From Candidatus Bathyarchaeota archaeon (GTDB lineage Archaea > Thermoproteota > Bathyarchaeia > 40CM-2-53-6), in NCBI GenBank assembly GCA_963706285.1, contig CAVPLU010000004.1, forward strand, positions 224,001-288,000: 64,000 nt of DNA, in the 5' to 3' direction. Shown here one piece after another: positions 20,489-33,650 of the stretch. Within the stretch, counting starts at the first letter, position 1, and every line of letters starts with the position of its first letter. A program made the translations under genes and the position numbers. The notes under the pieces are model-generated. The model was given only the letters and a program-made list of their open reading frames with translations. It was not told the origin of the DNA and did not search any database.

Positions 20489-22357
20489 CTACTTCTTCTC
20501 GTCCTTGACTTCGTATTCGGCGTCAACAACCTTCTTTTCGGGTTCTCCCTGAGGAGGCTTCTCTGAAGTTGCCTGCTCGGCTTTCGCCTTCTCCTGAGCG
20601 ACCTGCTGATATACGGCCGTTCCCACTTCCTGCAGAACTTTGGCGAGGGCTTCACTCTTGGTTTTGATAAGTTCGATATCTTGTCCTGCCAGTGCCTTCC
20701 TCAACTCTTCCGTGGCCTGGTCTAGTTTCTCCACTTGGTCCTTTGCGATCTTATCTGCAAGATCCTTCTTGGTTTTTTCAGTTGTGTAGATCATTGAATC
20801 TGCGTTGTTGCGGACCTCCGCCTCTTCTTTCCGCTTCTTGTCCTGTTCAGCGAACTCCTCAGCATCTTTGACCATGTGTTCCTTCTCTTTCTCAGAAAGT
20901 TTGGTAGATGCAGTAATAGTGATGCGCTGTTCCTTGCCGGTTCCAAGATCCTTTGCAGAGACATTCAGCAATCCGTTTGCATCGATGTCAAATGTGACCT
21001 CGATCTGCGGTACGCCTCTGGGGGCGGGCGGTATGCCAACCAAGTTGAACATTCCAAGCGAGACGTTGTCGCTGGCCATGCTCCGCTCGCCTTGGAGCAC
21101 ATGAATGGTCACACTCGTCTGCAAGTCAGCTGCTGTGGAGAAGATCTGGCTTCGCTTAGTTGGTATAGTTGTGTTCCGTTCTAAGACCTTGGTATGGATT
21201 CCTCCAAGCGTTTCGACTCCTAGTGAAAGGGGAGTCACGTCGAGAAGCAGTAAATCCTTGACTTCTCCGGAAAGAACCGCGCCTTGAATCGCGGCGCCCA
21301 CCGCAACGCACTCCATGGGGTCGACACCAGTCTCGGGTGCCTTGCCCAGAGTGTCCTCGACAAACTTCCGGACGAGAGGCATTCGAGTTTGTCCGCCGAT
21401 AAGAATTATCTTGTTAACATCGTTAAGCGACAGCTTCGCGTCCTCAATCACCCTCTTTATCGGGACCCGAATCTTTTCGACGATCGGGCGAGCTAGGTCC
21501 TCCAGTTTGGCTCGAGTCAGCGTTGCGTGAAGATGTTTGTCCCGCATTATGAATGGGAGATCCACGTCCGTTGTAACAAGCGTTGAAAGTTCGATCTTTG
21601 CTTTCTCAGCCGCCTCCTTAAGTCGAGTCATCGCCATCTTGTCGGCGGCAAGATCGATTCCGCTTTGGCGCTTGAAATCGTCAGCTAGGTATCCCACGAC
21701 CGCGTTGTCAATGTCAGCCCCTCCCGTCTTGGTGTCTCCGCTCGTAGCTAGGACTTGAAAGACTCCGCCTCCGAAATCCATGAGCGTGACATCATGGGTT
21801 CCTCCGCCAAAACTGAAGACTAGTATCTTCATCTCCTTCTCCAGTTTGTCTAGCCCAAAAGCGAGACAGGCGGCGGTAGGCTCATTGATTATCCTTACAA
21901 CTTCCAGGCCGGCTATCTCGCCGGCATCTTTTGTCGCCTGTCTTTGGTTATCATTGAAGTGTGCGGGAACGGTAATTACTGCCTTCTTGACCGGGCCGCC
22001 TAGGAAGGTCTCTGCGTCACGCTTTATCTTCTGAAGAATGAAGGAGGAGATTTGTTGAGGCGTGTACTCCTTTCCATAGATCGTAACCTTGTAGTCGGTG
22101 CCCATCTTCCGCTTGATTTCAAATACTGTGCCCTCCGGGTTGACTGTAGCCTGTCTCTTTGCAGGTTCACCAACCAGCAGCTGACCTTCCTTCGTGAAGG
22201 AAACGACCGATGGGAACATCTTTCCCGCCATCGTCGGCCCTTCTGCGCTGGGGACAACGGTGGGTCGGCCTGCTTCCATGACAGCGGCTGCGGAATTAGT
22301 GGTGCCGAGGTCTATTCCCAATATCTTCTCCTTAGCAGGTTGTCCTGAACTACTCAA
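20489..22357 (-). CDS. dnaK: Chaperone DnaK
   Basis: [27 protein letters not shown] motifs. Confidence 0.98.
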   Translation of the reverse strand: MSSSGQPAKEKILGIDLGTTNSAAAVMEAGRPTVVPSAEGPTMAGKMFPSVVSFTKEGQLLVGEPAKRQATVNPEGTVFEIKRKMGTDYKVTIYGKEYTPQQISSFILQKIKRDAETFLGGPVKKAVITVPAHFNDNQRQATKDAGEIAGLEVVRIINEPTAACLAFGLDKLEKEMKILVFSFGGGTHDVTLMDFGGGVFQVLATSGDTKTGGADIDNAVVGYLADDFKRQSGIDLAADKMAMTRLKEAAEKAKIELSTLVTTDVDLPFIMRDKHLHATLTRAKLEDLARPIVEKIRVPIKRVIEDAKLSLNDVNKIILIGGQTRMPLVRKFVEDTLGKAPETGVDPMECVAVGAAIQGAVLSGEVKDLLLLDVTPLSLGVETLGGIHTKVLERNTTIPTKRSQIFSTAADLQTSVTIHVLQGERSMASDNVSLGMFNLVGIPPAPRGVPQIEVTFDIDANGLLNVSAKDLGTGKEQRITITASTKLSEKEKEHMVKDAEEFAEQDKKRKEEAEVRNNADSMIYTTEKTKKDLADKIAKDQVEKLDQATEELRKALAGQDIELIKTKSEALAKVLQEVGTAVYQQVAQEKAKAEQATSEKPPQGEPEKKVVDAEYEVKDEKK

Positions 22358-23020
22358 TCTCTCTCACTCTCAACAGGTTCTGAATTGACTGGCTCCGCGA
22401 TGTGCGGAACCGCAATTTTAACAATACTCGGCCTAACTAACTTTCCCTTCATAGTGAACCCCTCCCGGACCTCCTCTAGGATGGTGCCCTCCTCCTTTCC
22501 GTCGCACGGGACACGTTCAGCCGCCTCATGCAATGTTGGATCGAACTTCTTGCCGATTGTCTCGATCTTGGATACACCTTCTGCGGCAAGCAGGTCACGG
22601 AATTTCTTCAACACGATTCGTAGACCCTCTGCCACGGCAGTCGAGTTCTCCGCATTCTTTGCAGCCTCAAGTGCAAGCTCCAGTTCATCAACGATCGCTA
22701 GGAGGTTCTTGAACTAGCCTCGCTTTTCCGGCTTCGATTCTGGAGTCCACTTCTTGGTTGAGGCGTTTCCGATAGTTCTCAAAGTCTGCCTGAGCATAGA
22801 GAAGCTTGTTGAGGTGTTCCTTTGACTTCTCCTGCTCCTGCCTAAGCTGTTCCTTTAGGGAAGCAACTTCGCTAGCTACTGCCTGTTCCTGTTGAATTGC
22901 CGGGATTTCAGGAGATGATTGCTCTCCTGCTGGCGACGTTTTCTTCTGCTTCTGTTGCTTCGTGGACAGAACCTCCCTTTCAGAACGTTGTTGCTGGACC
23001 TTTCCCGCAAGAGCTCCCAT
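22354..23020 (-). CDS. grpE: Nucleotide exchange factor GrpE (frameshift near 22700)
   Basis: ADFENYRKR; FDPTLHEA; GF...LVRPSIVKI. Confidence 0.93.
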
Positions 23021-23180
23021 GCGGTGCCCATCTCGGATTTTCTTTCAAGGAAAGCGAGAATCTGAAAGCGCTCTAGCCTTTTCCTATATTTTCCTTGATA
23101 GCCAAGGAACTTATAGCCAGCCTGGGCTGCTCCAGAGGCCTCGCAATCCCTGAGGCTGCCAAGAATCCAGCACCCAAAAT

Positions 23181-25746
23181 ATGAGCATTTCTAACCGTCT
23201 ATTGCATCCAATTGAATCCAGCTGAGGTGCCTCCGCCACCACCCCCGCCACCAGTCAGCTTCAAACCACCACTAAGCGCAGACGTGATCAGCGATCGTGT
23301 AGACGCAATAACAGCAACAACTCATCGAAAGGCACGTAGGGGAAACGATCTGTCTACGCAACAGACAATATGGGGTGCATGGCGGATAACTGCATTCTGA
23401 GAATTCGAGTCAAGGACGGCATCATAAGGGCTGTCGAGACCGATGACACAGTGAACCTTGGATCCGCCAGAGAGGAAGTAAGCGTCGATGCCTGAACAAG
23501 GGTGCAATCCAGGAACGAATCTGCACCGTCGCTCGCGCGTGGCGAGCCAAAGTCTACGATCCGACGCGTATTCTCTATCCGATGAAGCAAACGGGGAAGC
23601 GAGGAGAAGACAAGTTCGTCAGAATCTCTTGGAAAGAAGCGCTTGACACGATCGCAGCCAAAGTGAAAGAGACCAAGGAAAAATTCGGTCCGTACTCGAT
23701 CTACTATCGGCCACAGGCCTCTCAGTTCGGATGTGGAGTGAGCTCATGGGGAGAGAACTCTCACTCGGGTGACACAGTCGAGGAATGGCTGGTACGAAGG
23801 TCGTTCAAAGTGGCGATCTGTTGACCCGGCGACGATGTCAGAAGTATTCAAGAGCAAACTGGTCGTGTTGTGGGGTCGAAACCCGGTTTACATCGAAAGA
23901 GGGACTTGGCCGTACTTCTTGATACGAGCCAAAGAAGCAGGTGTGCCGTTCATCGTTATCGATCCACGTTACTGCGCCTCGGCGGAGACCTTAAACGGGC
24001 AATGGATTCCAATCAGACCTGGCACAGATCTTGCGATGGCATTGGCCGTCGCGAATGTCCTCATCAAGGAAAATCTGTACGACAAGGAATACGTAGCCAA
24101 GTGGGCGGAGCCGACAGGGTTCGCCAAGTTCAAGGACTACCTACTCGGTAGCGAAGACGGTACCGAAAAATCACCTGAATGGGCAGAGAAGCTTTGTGGC
24201 GTTCCAGCGGAGACAATCCGCGAGCTCGCAAGGCTCTACGCGCACAGTAGACCTGCCATGATGCTCTTCGGCTGGGCATCATGTCGTTCTATGTCCACAA
24301 ACGTCTCGCGTGTCATTATCTACCTGTCATGTGCTAACCGGCAATCTAACCGTACCAGGCGGCGGACATCCATACTGGGGAGGATACACCAAGAACCCAG
24401 CTGCCAATGCGACCCCCTTCATCGAGCTTCAATCGGAAATCGTCATGGCCAGTTCCCGTCCTATTCAATGGGCCAGCCAAGTATGCGGACACCATTCTGC
24501 TCAGAGAGAAGATTGATACGGGAGAGCTCAAACCCGAAGAATACAACGGAATTGTCGGTAACAAGCGCGACAGTGCGATGATTCCGAACTTCAGATGCTG
24601 GTTTTTGGCGACACGATACCTTCGATCGAACACGTACACGACTCTAGCAAGCGAGTCAGAGGCAATCAAGAAAGCAGCCTTCACATACGGTTTCCAGTGG
24701 GACAGGAAGAGTGCGGAGTTACGCTACATGGACATAGTCTTGCCCAAGAACCGAGCACTTCGAGGAAAATCGAGGCATCGTCGGCGGAGGGAGTGCTGGT
24801 CTGAACAACTACATAGTCTACCGCAAGAGATGCATAAGAGCTCCCGGCGAGGCAAGACCTGTAGAGTGGGTTTATGTTCAAATTGCAAAGAGGCTCGGCC
24901 TGGACAAGGACTACAATCCAGTCCTCGCGGACCTACTTGGCCCAGACGAATGGGACGATGACAAGTGGGACACGGCGAATGACCGACTCTGGAAGACTGC
25001 ATACGAAACTTGGAGTAAGCGTGATGACATTGCATCAAGGAATCCGCCAAGCTGGGAAGAATTCAACAAGAAGCCCGTCATCCGATTCGCCGCGGTGCAG
25101 AAAGCAAACATGAGCGCACTCCTCGCGCAAGGCAGTAATCCGTTTCAAGGAACAAGTTCGGGGAAGATCGAGATCTACTCCAAGTTCTTGGAAGACCCAG
25201 CGACAGTAGCTAACACTGTAGTGGACATCAAGGAGACTTTTTCGACTAGCAAGACTTGCTTGGGCAAACTGGGGCAGGCGGTGACTCCCCTTCCCAAATG
25301 GCATGACAGATGTGTACGGCACGTTTCATGATAGCAGCTGTGGCGAGTATATCCTTTAGTCGTTCTATCCCCCAACTCGTTCATGCGCCACCACTCTGCC
25401 TTGTTTGGGGTTCCTTGGCTGAACGGAGACTGCTACAGACATTCGTGCTGGATCAGCGTTGCGGATGCCAAAGCGCGAGGGATCAAAGATGGAGATCTGG
25501 TCAGAGTCTACAGCTCCGTTGGCGAAATGATAATCCCTGGATATGTCACATCACGAATCATTCCAGGAGTGGCAGCAGTATTTCACGGCGGCATGTACCA
25601 GCCCGGCGGTGCCAAGACAGATCTGATGCCTGACGGAGTGGACCGCGGTGGAAACCAGAACTTCCTGATAGAGGACAACCAACCAGGTAGAATGAGAGTG
25701 GGTCCAACTCTTAGATGCCGGACTGTGTCAAGTAGAAAGATTGTAG
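23181..25746 (+). CDS. DMSO-reductase-family molybdopterin oxidoreductase, catalytic subunit (many frameshifts; possibly pseudogene; start approximate)
   Basis: RILYPMK..GKRGE.KFVRISWKEALDTIA, VLWGRNP, IDPRY, PIRPGTDLA, SPEWAEKLCGVPAETI, SGKIEIYS, DAKARGIKDGDLVRV. Confidence 0.85.
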
Positions 25747-25755
25747 GTGATATTG

Positions 25756-26525
25756 ATGCCACAATACGGTTTCTTCTTCGATCAAAGCCGCTGTACCTCA
25801 TGCTACGCATGTGCCGTCGCTTGCAAGGACTGGAACGACATACCAGTCCGGACCCGTCAAGTGGTTGCGGCTAATCGAGTGGGAAAAAGGGTGCTTTCAC
25901 CTAACACACGAGTCAACAAGCTTTTGCGCCAACTGCTATCACTGCGAAAATCCGGTTTGTGTTGACGCATGCCCCAACAAGGCGTTGTACAAGGAAGAGA
26001 AGTACGGTGCGGTGCTCGTCGACTCTGACAAGTGCAAGGGCGCCCGCCAGTGCTGGATTGCATGCCCGTACGGAGCACCTCAGTTCGCAAGCGATGAACC
26101 AGGTACAAAGACGAGCAAATGCACAATGTGCATCGACAAGCTCGAACAGCAAGAGAAGCCCTGTCTGCGTGATGGCTTGCTACATGCAGCGCTCTCGACT
26201 TCGACACGCTAGAGAACTTGACCAGGAGATACGGAGCAACCGAGACCTCGAGGATATGCCAAACAGCTGCAACTGCAAAGACCCGCCGTAGATCTTCAAA
26301 CCTAACGACACGAAGAAACAGTACGTGCCCTACGACGTGGATCAGGCGCTTGCAATTGCTTGGCTAGAAATAGAGACACCACTCCCGCCCGTGTTTGGAT
26401 CAACCAAACGATGTGACCGACAATTCCTCAGGGCATGGTTGGACGCGACAAGTTAGTTATGCAGCAGACGAATGTCACTGAGGCCACTGATGCTCGTAAC
26501 CCAGGACGCGACGAAGGATATCGAG
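25756..26525 (+). CDS. DmsB-like 4Fe-4S electron-transfer subunit (frameshifted; end approximate)
   Basis: QYGFFFDQSRCTSCYACAVACK, CYHCENPVCVDACP, C.G.RQC..ACPYGAP, KCTMC. Confidence 0.88.
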
Positions 26526-27471
26526 ACAAGTCCTTCAATCAGACTCGCGGCGCGCTAAGGACCGATCTTATCAGTGCAGCTACGGCTACTGCGGTTGACG
26601 TTCTTCGCTGGATGACTACGGCATTTGGGAGGGCTCGAATGTATTGCCAAGAAAACGTATTCGCTAGAGAACTGTTTCGGAAATTCATCTCAGTCTAAGA
26701 AAGCTCTATCGCGTCTCCTAGAAGGTGTATTAATCCTGAGATCTCGACTCGGTTTTCGTACAGCACAAGGTCAAGGATCTTCACGTGCTCTGCATCGGTT
26801 ATTGAGAACCGATCTTTTGTGTACCGGAAATCCAAGAATGTTTCGTTGTCAACCCATCATCGATCCTCACTCATCAAACGAATCAGATTGCCACTTGTTG
26901 CGAACAGCTTAGGGAACTCGAAGATATCCGTGATCATTCCTGGTACTTGGCCGCTTGATATCAGGGGAATGTCATTAAGCACCAAGATGTTCTGACAATT
27001 GGTGAAATGGTACTTCCAATGTCGATCTGAAAGTGCTCTTTGCTTATCGACAGACAGCCTGCGCAGTTTGGTCATGGCGTTATCCTACTTAGAATATTCC
27101 TACTACGTCTCTCAGAACTCGTCTCGCATTATCTGTCTCGCCTGAAAAGTTCGAGCTACAGGGAAGATATGAGAAGGAAAGAGGTGCAAGAAGTGTGAAC
27201 TCAGATGTATTTGCAGATGGAGCAGGCGACCGGTTGCTTTGCTCAGACTTCAATGCCTGGCACCGGCCGTTGAACTCACTCCGAATGATGCTCAAACAAA
27301 GCTCGACTCTCTTTCCATGCACGTGAAATGTAATTCGTCTCGTACTGTTTTTGGTGCAGGTGAAGCAGAAGTGGAGTCAGTTATCACCGCTCCTAATCGA
27401 ACCGGAAACGGGACTGCGACCAGTTGTAATGACACGCGTTTGTAGCCGAAATGTGAAACATCGTTTACTCG

Positions 27472-28807
27472 TTACACATCCGAGAGGCGAAAAGTCTGCG
27501 GAGTGGTCACATCAACTTTCAATTCGTGCAAGTAGGTCTTTCCGTTACGTTTTTCCAGGATGTTCGTTGAGATGCCCACTTCCACATCGAGCCGGTTCAG
27601 CATCTCGATTTTGCTGACATGGAATTCGAGAGATTGATATTCATTATTGAAACGATAGTCGTGATAGCCATTCCTATCGAAGATCTGCTTGGCGGATGCT
27701 ACGTTCTCTCCAAAGACTTTGGCGGATTTCAGGAAATAGTCTCGCTGAGAAAAGTACAGCACTTTCGGACCGCCACCTGACATGTTCTGTTCATAGACCT
27801 GACTTGTGTGCCTGTTTTCCAGCGAGCAATAATGAACCCCGAGTTTGAGTCCAGCGTCAAGGGTGAACTCGACTAGGTCGAGGCAGGTCGTCTCACTGCC
27901 CGCGACCGGCAGGCCGCCAGCGTAGCCGCTATAGTTGTAGAGAACGCGGAACGGTCTGGCTTTGATGCGGTAGCCGCGTGCGCGAAACTCATCTGCGTTG
28001 TGGAGGGGAAAGCAAAACTCAAGCAGGTTAATGCCAAACGCGCCCAGGCGATCGAGCTCAACCAGTATGGCCTTCATCTCATCCAGCGTCCCCGGGAAGA
28101 ACAGGCATCTCCACCATCACGTTGGGCACGTATTCCTGCGCCAGCGCGATCTGGTCGAACGTGTGCTGCCGCGCATTCTCGGCATCCTCCAATCGAATAC
28201 TGATGCGGATCTCGTTCAAACCCGCATCTTTGAGAGCCTGCAACGTTTCGCGTTCAAGATGATCGCCGCAGGTGTAAAGGCGCGTATGAGCGTTCGGAAA
28301 ATTCTGGCGGGCACGCTGGAAGAAACGCAAGGTTTGTTCCTTGTGGAGCAGCGGCTCACCGCCCGTCAGAGCTAGATGCTGGAGGCGCTGTCCGCTCGCA
28401 TGCAGACGCATCCAGCTCAGCCGCCGTATCGCGCATGTGCTCGCGCTGATACTCGTAGTCTTTCTGATTGGGATTGAAGCAGAAAAAGCAATGACGATGA
28501 CACTTCAACGACACGGAGAACGTGAGGCTCCCTCACACCGGTTTGACAGGCTTGGCAACGCGGACGAGATGCGATTGACGTACACGCTCTTGCCGTCATT
28601 GCGGACGACCGCACCCTTCCTGCCCAGTGCAGCGATCCGTTCGTGGATCTGCTGGCCGTCGTCTTCTTCCTCAATCTCCATGCCCATCTGACGGATCTGC
28701 TGCATGAAGTCCTGATAGTTGCGAACGTACTCTTCGGCATAGGATCGCAGAGCAGGATTCTGGATGGAGGCGAGCGTAGCCTCGTTCACATCAATAGAAT
28801 GGCGCAT
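27472..28807 (-). CDS. Uncharacterised radical SAM protein (frameshifted; 5' end abuts the IS)
   Basis: C.R.CFFCFNPNQ when reframed, HLALTGGEPLL, TRLYT.G, EIRISI, VHYCS. Confidence 0.8.
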
Positions 28808-29645
28808 GAAGAAACCAAGAGATGTTGTGAAGCTCCGGTGCTGGTGCATACGAAGACGTGGGGAGGGGGCGTCAGTCAGCAAGATATGCACCGCAGCCCA
28901 GATACCTCGAAGAACCTTCTACGACTGGTGGAGCCGCTACCGCCAGCACGGCCCAGACGGACTGGACACCGAGATCCAGGAGACCACATACCATCCATCG
29001 CACCTCAGACCAAGTAGTGAAGGAAGATCAATCGCGACTCAGACAGAAGACAAGCTGGTGTCCCACACAAGATAGCGGGATACCTACGAACGCGAGAGAC
29101 GCCAGATAGGACACATGACCGTCTACCGCATCCTACGCTCGCGCAGGCCTCAACAGTCCCCTCCAGACGCCGAGGATGAAACGAACCTACACGCGATGGC
29201 AGCGCAGACGCATCCGAACAGCCTATGGCAATGCGACCTCAAGGTCGTAGGCGCCAAGATGGCTCATCACCAATCCTAGACGACCACATCCAGATTCGTA
29301 ACCGGCATCCGAACGCTTCAACGAAGGCACCACAGAGAACGTGATCTGGCTACTCGACCAGGCCATCCACGAATACTCGAAGCCAAGAGAGATCCTCACA
29401 GATCACGGCAGCACAATTCTGGAGCGTACGCAGAGGCGAATCCAGCTTCACCGCGTACTGTCAACAGCAGAGGATCAAGCATATCCTCGGCGGCATCGGC
29501 AAGCCTACAACGCTCGGCAAGATCGAACGTGGTTCCGAACCTACGACCTCGAACATGCCAGATTCCAACTCCACAGGAAATTCATCGAATACTACAACTA
29601 CGAGCGTCCACACATGGCGGAGAGATCAGGCAGTTCTACTAGTGG
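28806..29645 (+). mobile_element. IS481-family transposase (degraded/frameshifted); element ends not resolved
   Basis: N-terminal HTH (RRTFYDWWSRY...G.DGL), LWQCDLK, ILTDHG, GKIERWFRT, YYNYERPH integrase-core motifs. Confidence 0.85.
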
Positions 29646-29919
29646 ATTAGAGAACAGTCGATCGTTTGCAAAACTAGCCTCCTAACAAGTTCCCAGAACA
29701 GAAAAACGAGTCTTCATCGCATATGGGTACAGGGTGCATACCTCTTACTCGCCCCCCATAACCCACACCTGATCCCAACTGAATGCTTGCAGAAATCTGG
29801 TCAAGCAGAGCGTTGTCGAATTGCAGTGGCTCGGTCAAAGGAGGCATGAAGCGGAGCCATAGGCAAGTTATTTTTTTCAGACCCCGTCAATTGATGCCAA
29901 ACTCAGTTGGAGATACGTA

Positions 29920-31465
29920 GTGTCAGACATTTCTCACGACCGCGTCGTAGTCTTGGATTTCGGTGGGCAATACTCCCACCTGATAGCTCGACGGATCCGA
30001 GAGTGCGAAGTGTACTCAGAGCTTCTGCCTTGGAACACAGCAATCAGTGAGATTCAGGCTAAGACACCGAGAGCCATTGTACTATCCGGCGGTCCGGCAA
30101 GCGTGAAGGACCCAAACGCGCCGATGCTCGGAAAGGAGGTTTTCAGCCTCGGCATTCCAGTGCTTGGGATCTGCTATGGGCTTCAACTCATGGTCGAATT
30201 GTTCGGGGGAAAGATCGAGCGCCCACCATATGCAAGAGTACGGACGAACTGTTGTCAACTTCGAAGATCGCACTGATCTCTTCAAGGGACTTGCAGACGA
30301 GGGAATTTGCTGGATGAGTCACGCCGATTCCGCAACACAGCTTCCTGAAGGGTTCGAAGGTATCGCGCACTCAAAACACACGCGATATGCAGCGATCAGG
30401 AACAAGAAACGCTTACTCTTTGGCGTGCAGTTTCATCCAGAAGTCATTCACACTACCAGAGGCACAGATATCATTCGCAACTTTCTCTTCGAGGTTGCAG
30501 GATGTCGTCCCACGTGGAAGGTGGCACCCTTTGCGAAGGAAATGATCGCTGAAATCAGACGTACGGTGGGGAAGAAGCGTGTTCTCTGCGCCGTCAGTGG
30601 AGGGGTTGACTCGACCACGACCGCAGCTCTCGTGAATGAGGCCATAGGAAACCAGTTGATGTGCATTTTTGTTGATCACGGTCTCATGAGAAAAGGGGAA
30701 CCTGAGCAGGTAAGAGAGATCCTTGAGCGCATGAAACTCAAAACCGTTCACGTGAATGCATCTGACCGGTTTCTGACGAAGCTGAAAGGAATCTCAGACC
30801 CAGAGCAAAAGAGGAAGATCATTGGTGAAGAGTTCATCCGCGTTTTCACTGATGTCGCAAATGAGCATGGGAAATTCGAATGGCTGGCCCAAGGCACGCT
30901 CTACCCGGACGTAATAGAAAGCGCACATACCGGAAGCCCTGCCTCAAGAATCAAAACCCATCACAACGTGGCTGGGCTTCCTGAATGGACGGAGTTCAAG
31001 CTGATTGAGCCGCTCCGATTTCTCTACAAGGATGAGGTACGAAAAGTCGCAGCAGCACTGGGTATCCCTGCAGCGATCACTGCGAGACATCCGTTCCCTG
31101 GACCTGGATTGGCTGTGAGAATCCTTGGTGAAGTAACCAGAGATAAGGTCGCGATATGCCGTGAAGCGAGCGAAATTGTTGAGACCGAGCTCAGAGCCGA
31201 AGGGGTCTACGACAAGGTTTGGCAGGCATTCGCAATGGTCGGGGATGACCTTGCCGTCGGAGTCTTGGGCGATGAGCGGAAGCTCGGGCACGTTGTCACA
31301 GTACGCGTTGTGGAGTCGGTGGACGGCATGACCGCAGACTGGGTGCGCATCTCAGACGACCTGTTATCACGAATCAGCAACAGAATAACAAATGAAGTCA
31401 AGAATGTGACCTGGGTCACGTACGCAATCTCATCGAAGCCTCCATCAACTATCGAACCCTGCTGA
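29920..31465 (+). CDS. guaA: GMP synthase (glutamine-hydrolysing), one frameshift near 30230
   Basis: LDFGGQY, GICYG, QFHPEV, SGGVDS, QGTLYPDVIES, HPFPGPGL, SKPPSTIE. Confidence 0.97.
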
Positions 31466-31574
31466 CTCGTCGCCGGATATTCCGAAAGTCGTGTTTCCGA
31501 TCGCCGATACGTCTTCCGGCTGCGCCTGCACAAACATAATCCGCTGGAATCGGTCAGATACTCTGAGATGACTC

Positions 31575-32097
31575 ATGACAGAGTTCAAGATCAAGAATTG
31601 CGTGATTAGCGTCGTTCTAGGTGACATTACCCAAACGCAGGCTGACGCTATTGTGAATCCCGCAAATAGCAGACTGATGATGGGTGGCGGAGTAGCAGGA
31701 GCCATCAAACGAATTGGAGGAGCAATAATTGAAAAAGAAGCCGTTCAGAAGGGCCCGATCAGAGTCGGTGAGGCAGTTGCGACTAGTGCAGGAAAACTCA
31801 AAGCGCGTTATGTGATACATGCACCTACAATGCCGCTACCTGCGATGAGCACAGACCTGAAGAATGTCGAAAAAGCCACCTCAGCTGCACTTCGACTGGC
31901 AAGAGATCTCGAACTCTCGAGCATCGCGATTCCAGGAATGGGAACTGGAGTCGGGGGAGTTCCCGTCAAGGACGCCGCTCAAACCATGATTGAAGCCATC
32001 AAGACAGCATCTGTCCGAAGGGACGACCTTACGGCAAATAATCTTGGTGTCTATTGACAAGACATTGATCGATGCGTTCGAGTCTGTTCTGCGATAG
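31575..32097 (+). CDS. Macro domain (ADP-ribose-binding/hydrolase) protein, C-terminal frameshift
   Basis: GDIT...DAIVNPAN..L.MGGGVAGAI, IAIPGMGTGVGG. Confidence 0.92.
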
Positions 32098-32118
32098 CCT
32101 TCAGCTCGAGCTTTCCGA

Positions 32119-32634
32119 TTAGATCGTGTCTCTGTAAAGCCTAGCGCCACGATCCCTCGGGACGTGTGGGCGGAGATCCAGTCTAACGTAGCGCCTTCTG
32201 ACTTTCTCTCGCAGAACGCTCAGCTCGCATTTTGCAATGAGAAAGTGGGACTCGCACTTGCAGTCTGAGGAGCCTACTCCTTTGGCCAGGACGGCGATAT
32301 CAGGATCTTTCAGAAGTGCGGCGTTCACTCTGCATTCTGCTTTGCGTGTCGTTCTCGCGAAGATCAATGAAACCACGTGCACCGAATCCGATGAGAGAAT
32401 CCGATCTATGTGCCAGAAGTTCTTCTTTTCTTGACTCAGATGACGTCCTATTCTCCCTTCCAATGAAGTTGAGCCGCGCCCCTGACCAGAACCAGTGTAC
32501 AAGTACAACCCTCGCTCAAGGGAGACGGAAAGATGCCTCCCAACTCGAATCCTGCGGCGATCTGTTGAGCGAATGATTAATGTGTAAACGCCTTGGTGGT
32601 TTTTGTGAGTAGTGGATCGCTTTCGAGGTCTCAT
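32119..32634 (-). CDS. DUF123 / GIY-YIG nuclease-family protein
   Basis: GVYTL...GLYLYTGS...RIGRH...WHID...E...GSSDCKCESH. Confidence 0.88.
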   Translation of the reverse strand: MRPRKRSTTHKNHQGVYTLIIRSTDRRRIRVGRHLSVSLERGLYLYTGSGQGRGSTSLEGRIGRHLSQEKKNFWHIDRILSSDSVHVVSLIFARTTRKAECRVNAALLKDPDIAVLAKGVGSSDCKCESHFLIAKCELSVLREKVRRRYVRLDLRPHVPRDRGARLYRDTI

Positions 32635-32929
32635 TATAGACCTAGGGCTCCAAACGACCGGCCGGCAAGATGTAGGTGGGGTAGACCTAGTATTAGTTCA
32701 ATGCTTCACTTAGTCGTTTGGCGCATTTCATGCAGATGGTTGGCCGTCACGTGCAAATAATGGCACACGAAAAGAATTGAAGAAGTTGGCATCCTATGGT
32801 CGATGTCAATTCGAGCGTGGCTCCGCTTCTCCTTCTCCGGGATCTCATCTCAATTGTATGATTCGTCTGGATGATTCATGCGGATCGCCTAAATTCGTTA
32901 GACACACTCTCGCCGTCGAGGTGACATGA

Positions 32930-33427
32930 ATGAAGAAAACAACTACGCTCGTATTGTTGCTGAGTCTGATCGCCTTGACGACAATTGCGCCGTTGCAACA
33001 GGTCGTTGCGGATAACGCTCAAGATCGGCTGCAAGTGGGCGATATGTTTGAGCTTGTCTCCGTCAGAGGCATGGCATACGAACACGCCGCAAACAGAACG
33101 ACTGAGGCAAAGGTATCTCTGAAACTGACTGTGACAGACGTGAACGCGAGCCGAGTCAGATTCAAGATAACGACCGGCGAGATAGCACTCGGCGACCGTG
33201 TCTACGCGGTAACTGACGGTCAAGGAGGGGCTCTCCTACGCAAGTTCGGCTGGATGACACTTCAAGGAGAGGCAAAGCTCGCAAACGGGCAGGTGTTCAA
33301 GCTCCATCTTGACGGTATGCTTCACCTTGAACGGGCCGGCCTCGTGCTCGCCGGACTTACAGGTGGACTGGGCAACGACAACGAGCAAATCCGACTGAGA
33401 ATACTCATGAGACTCTCAAAGAGCTAG
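32930..33427 (+). CDS. Secreted hypothetical beta-rich protein
   Basis: MKK + hydrophobic signal peptide, GAGGTGA SD, intact ORF. Confidence 0.7.
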   Translation: MKKTTTLVLLLSLIALTTIAPLQQVVADNAQDRLQVGDMFELVSVRGMAYEHAANRTTEAKVSLKLTVTDVNASRVRFKITTGEIALGDRVYAVTDGQGGALLRKFGWMTLQGEAKLANGQVFKLHLDGMLHLERAGLVLAGLTGGLGNDNEQIRLRILMRLSKS

Positions 33428-33650
33428 CAGTGGAGACCCGACGTCTCAACCCGTAGAACTCCCCACTTTTCTTCAAACCGAACCATGGTTTGCGTGTGAC
33501 CAGAGCTGGTAGGCAGGAACCTTCCACAATTCGGCTTCCGCCGTCGCTATAGGAACGCAACTAAGCCGCGAACGATGGAGGGTTTAACTTCTCTCAAAAC
33601 CTATTTCATCTCATTGAATATTCACGGCTAGTATAGATACAATGGCTTGA

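Noticed and set aside
28790-29650. IS terminal inverted repeats and target duplication
   Set aside because: Only a 5-bp TAGAA/TTCTA match; too weak to call.
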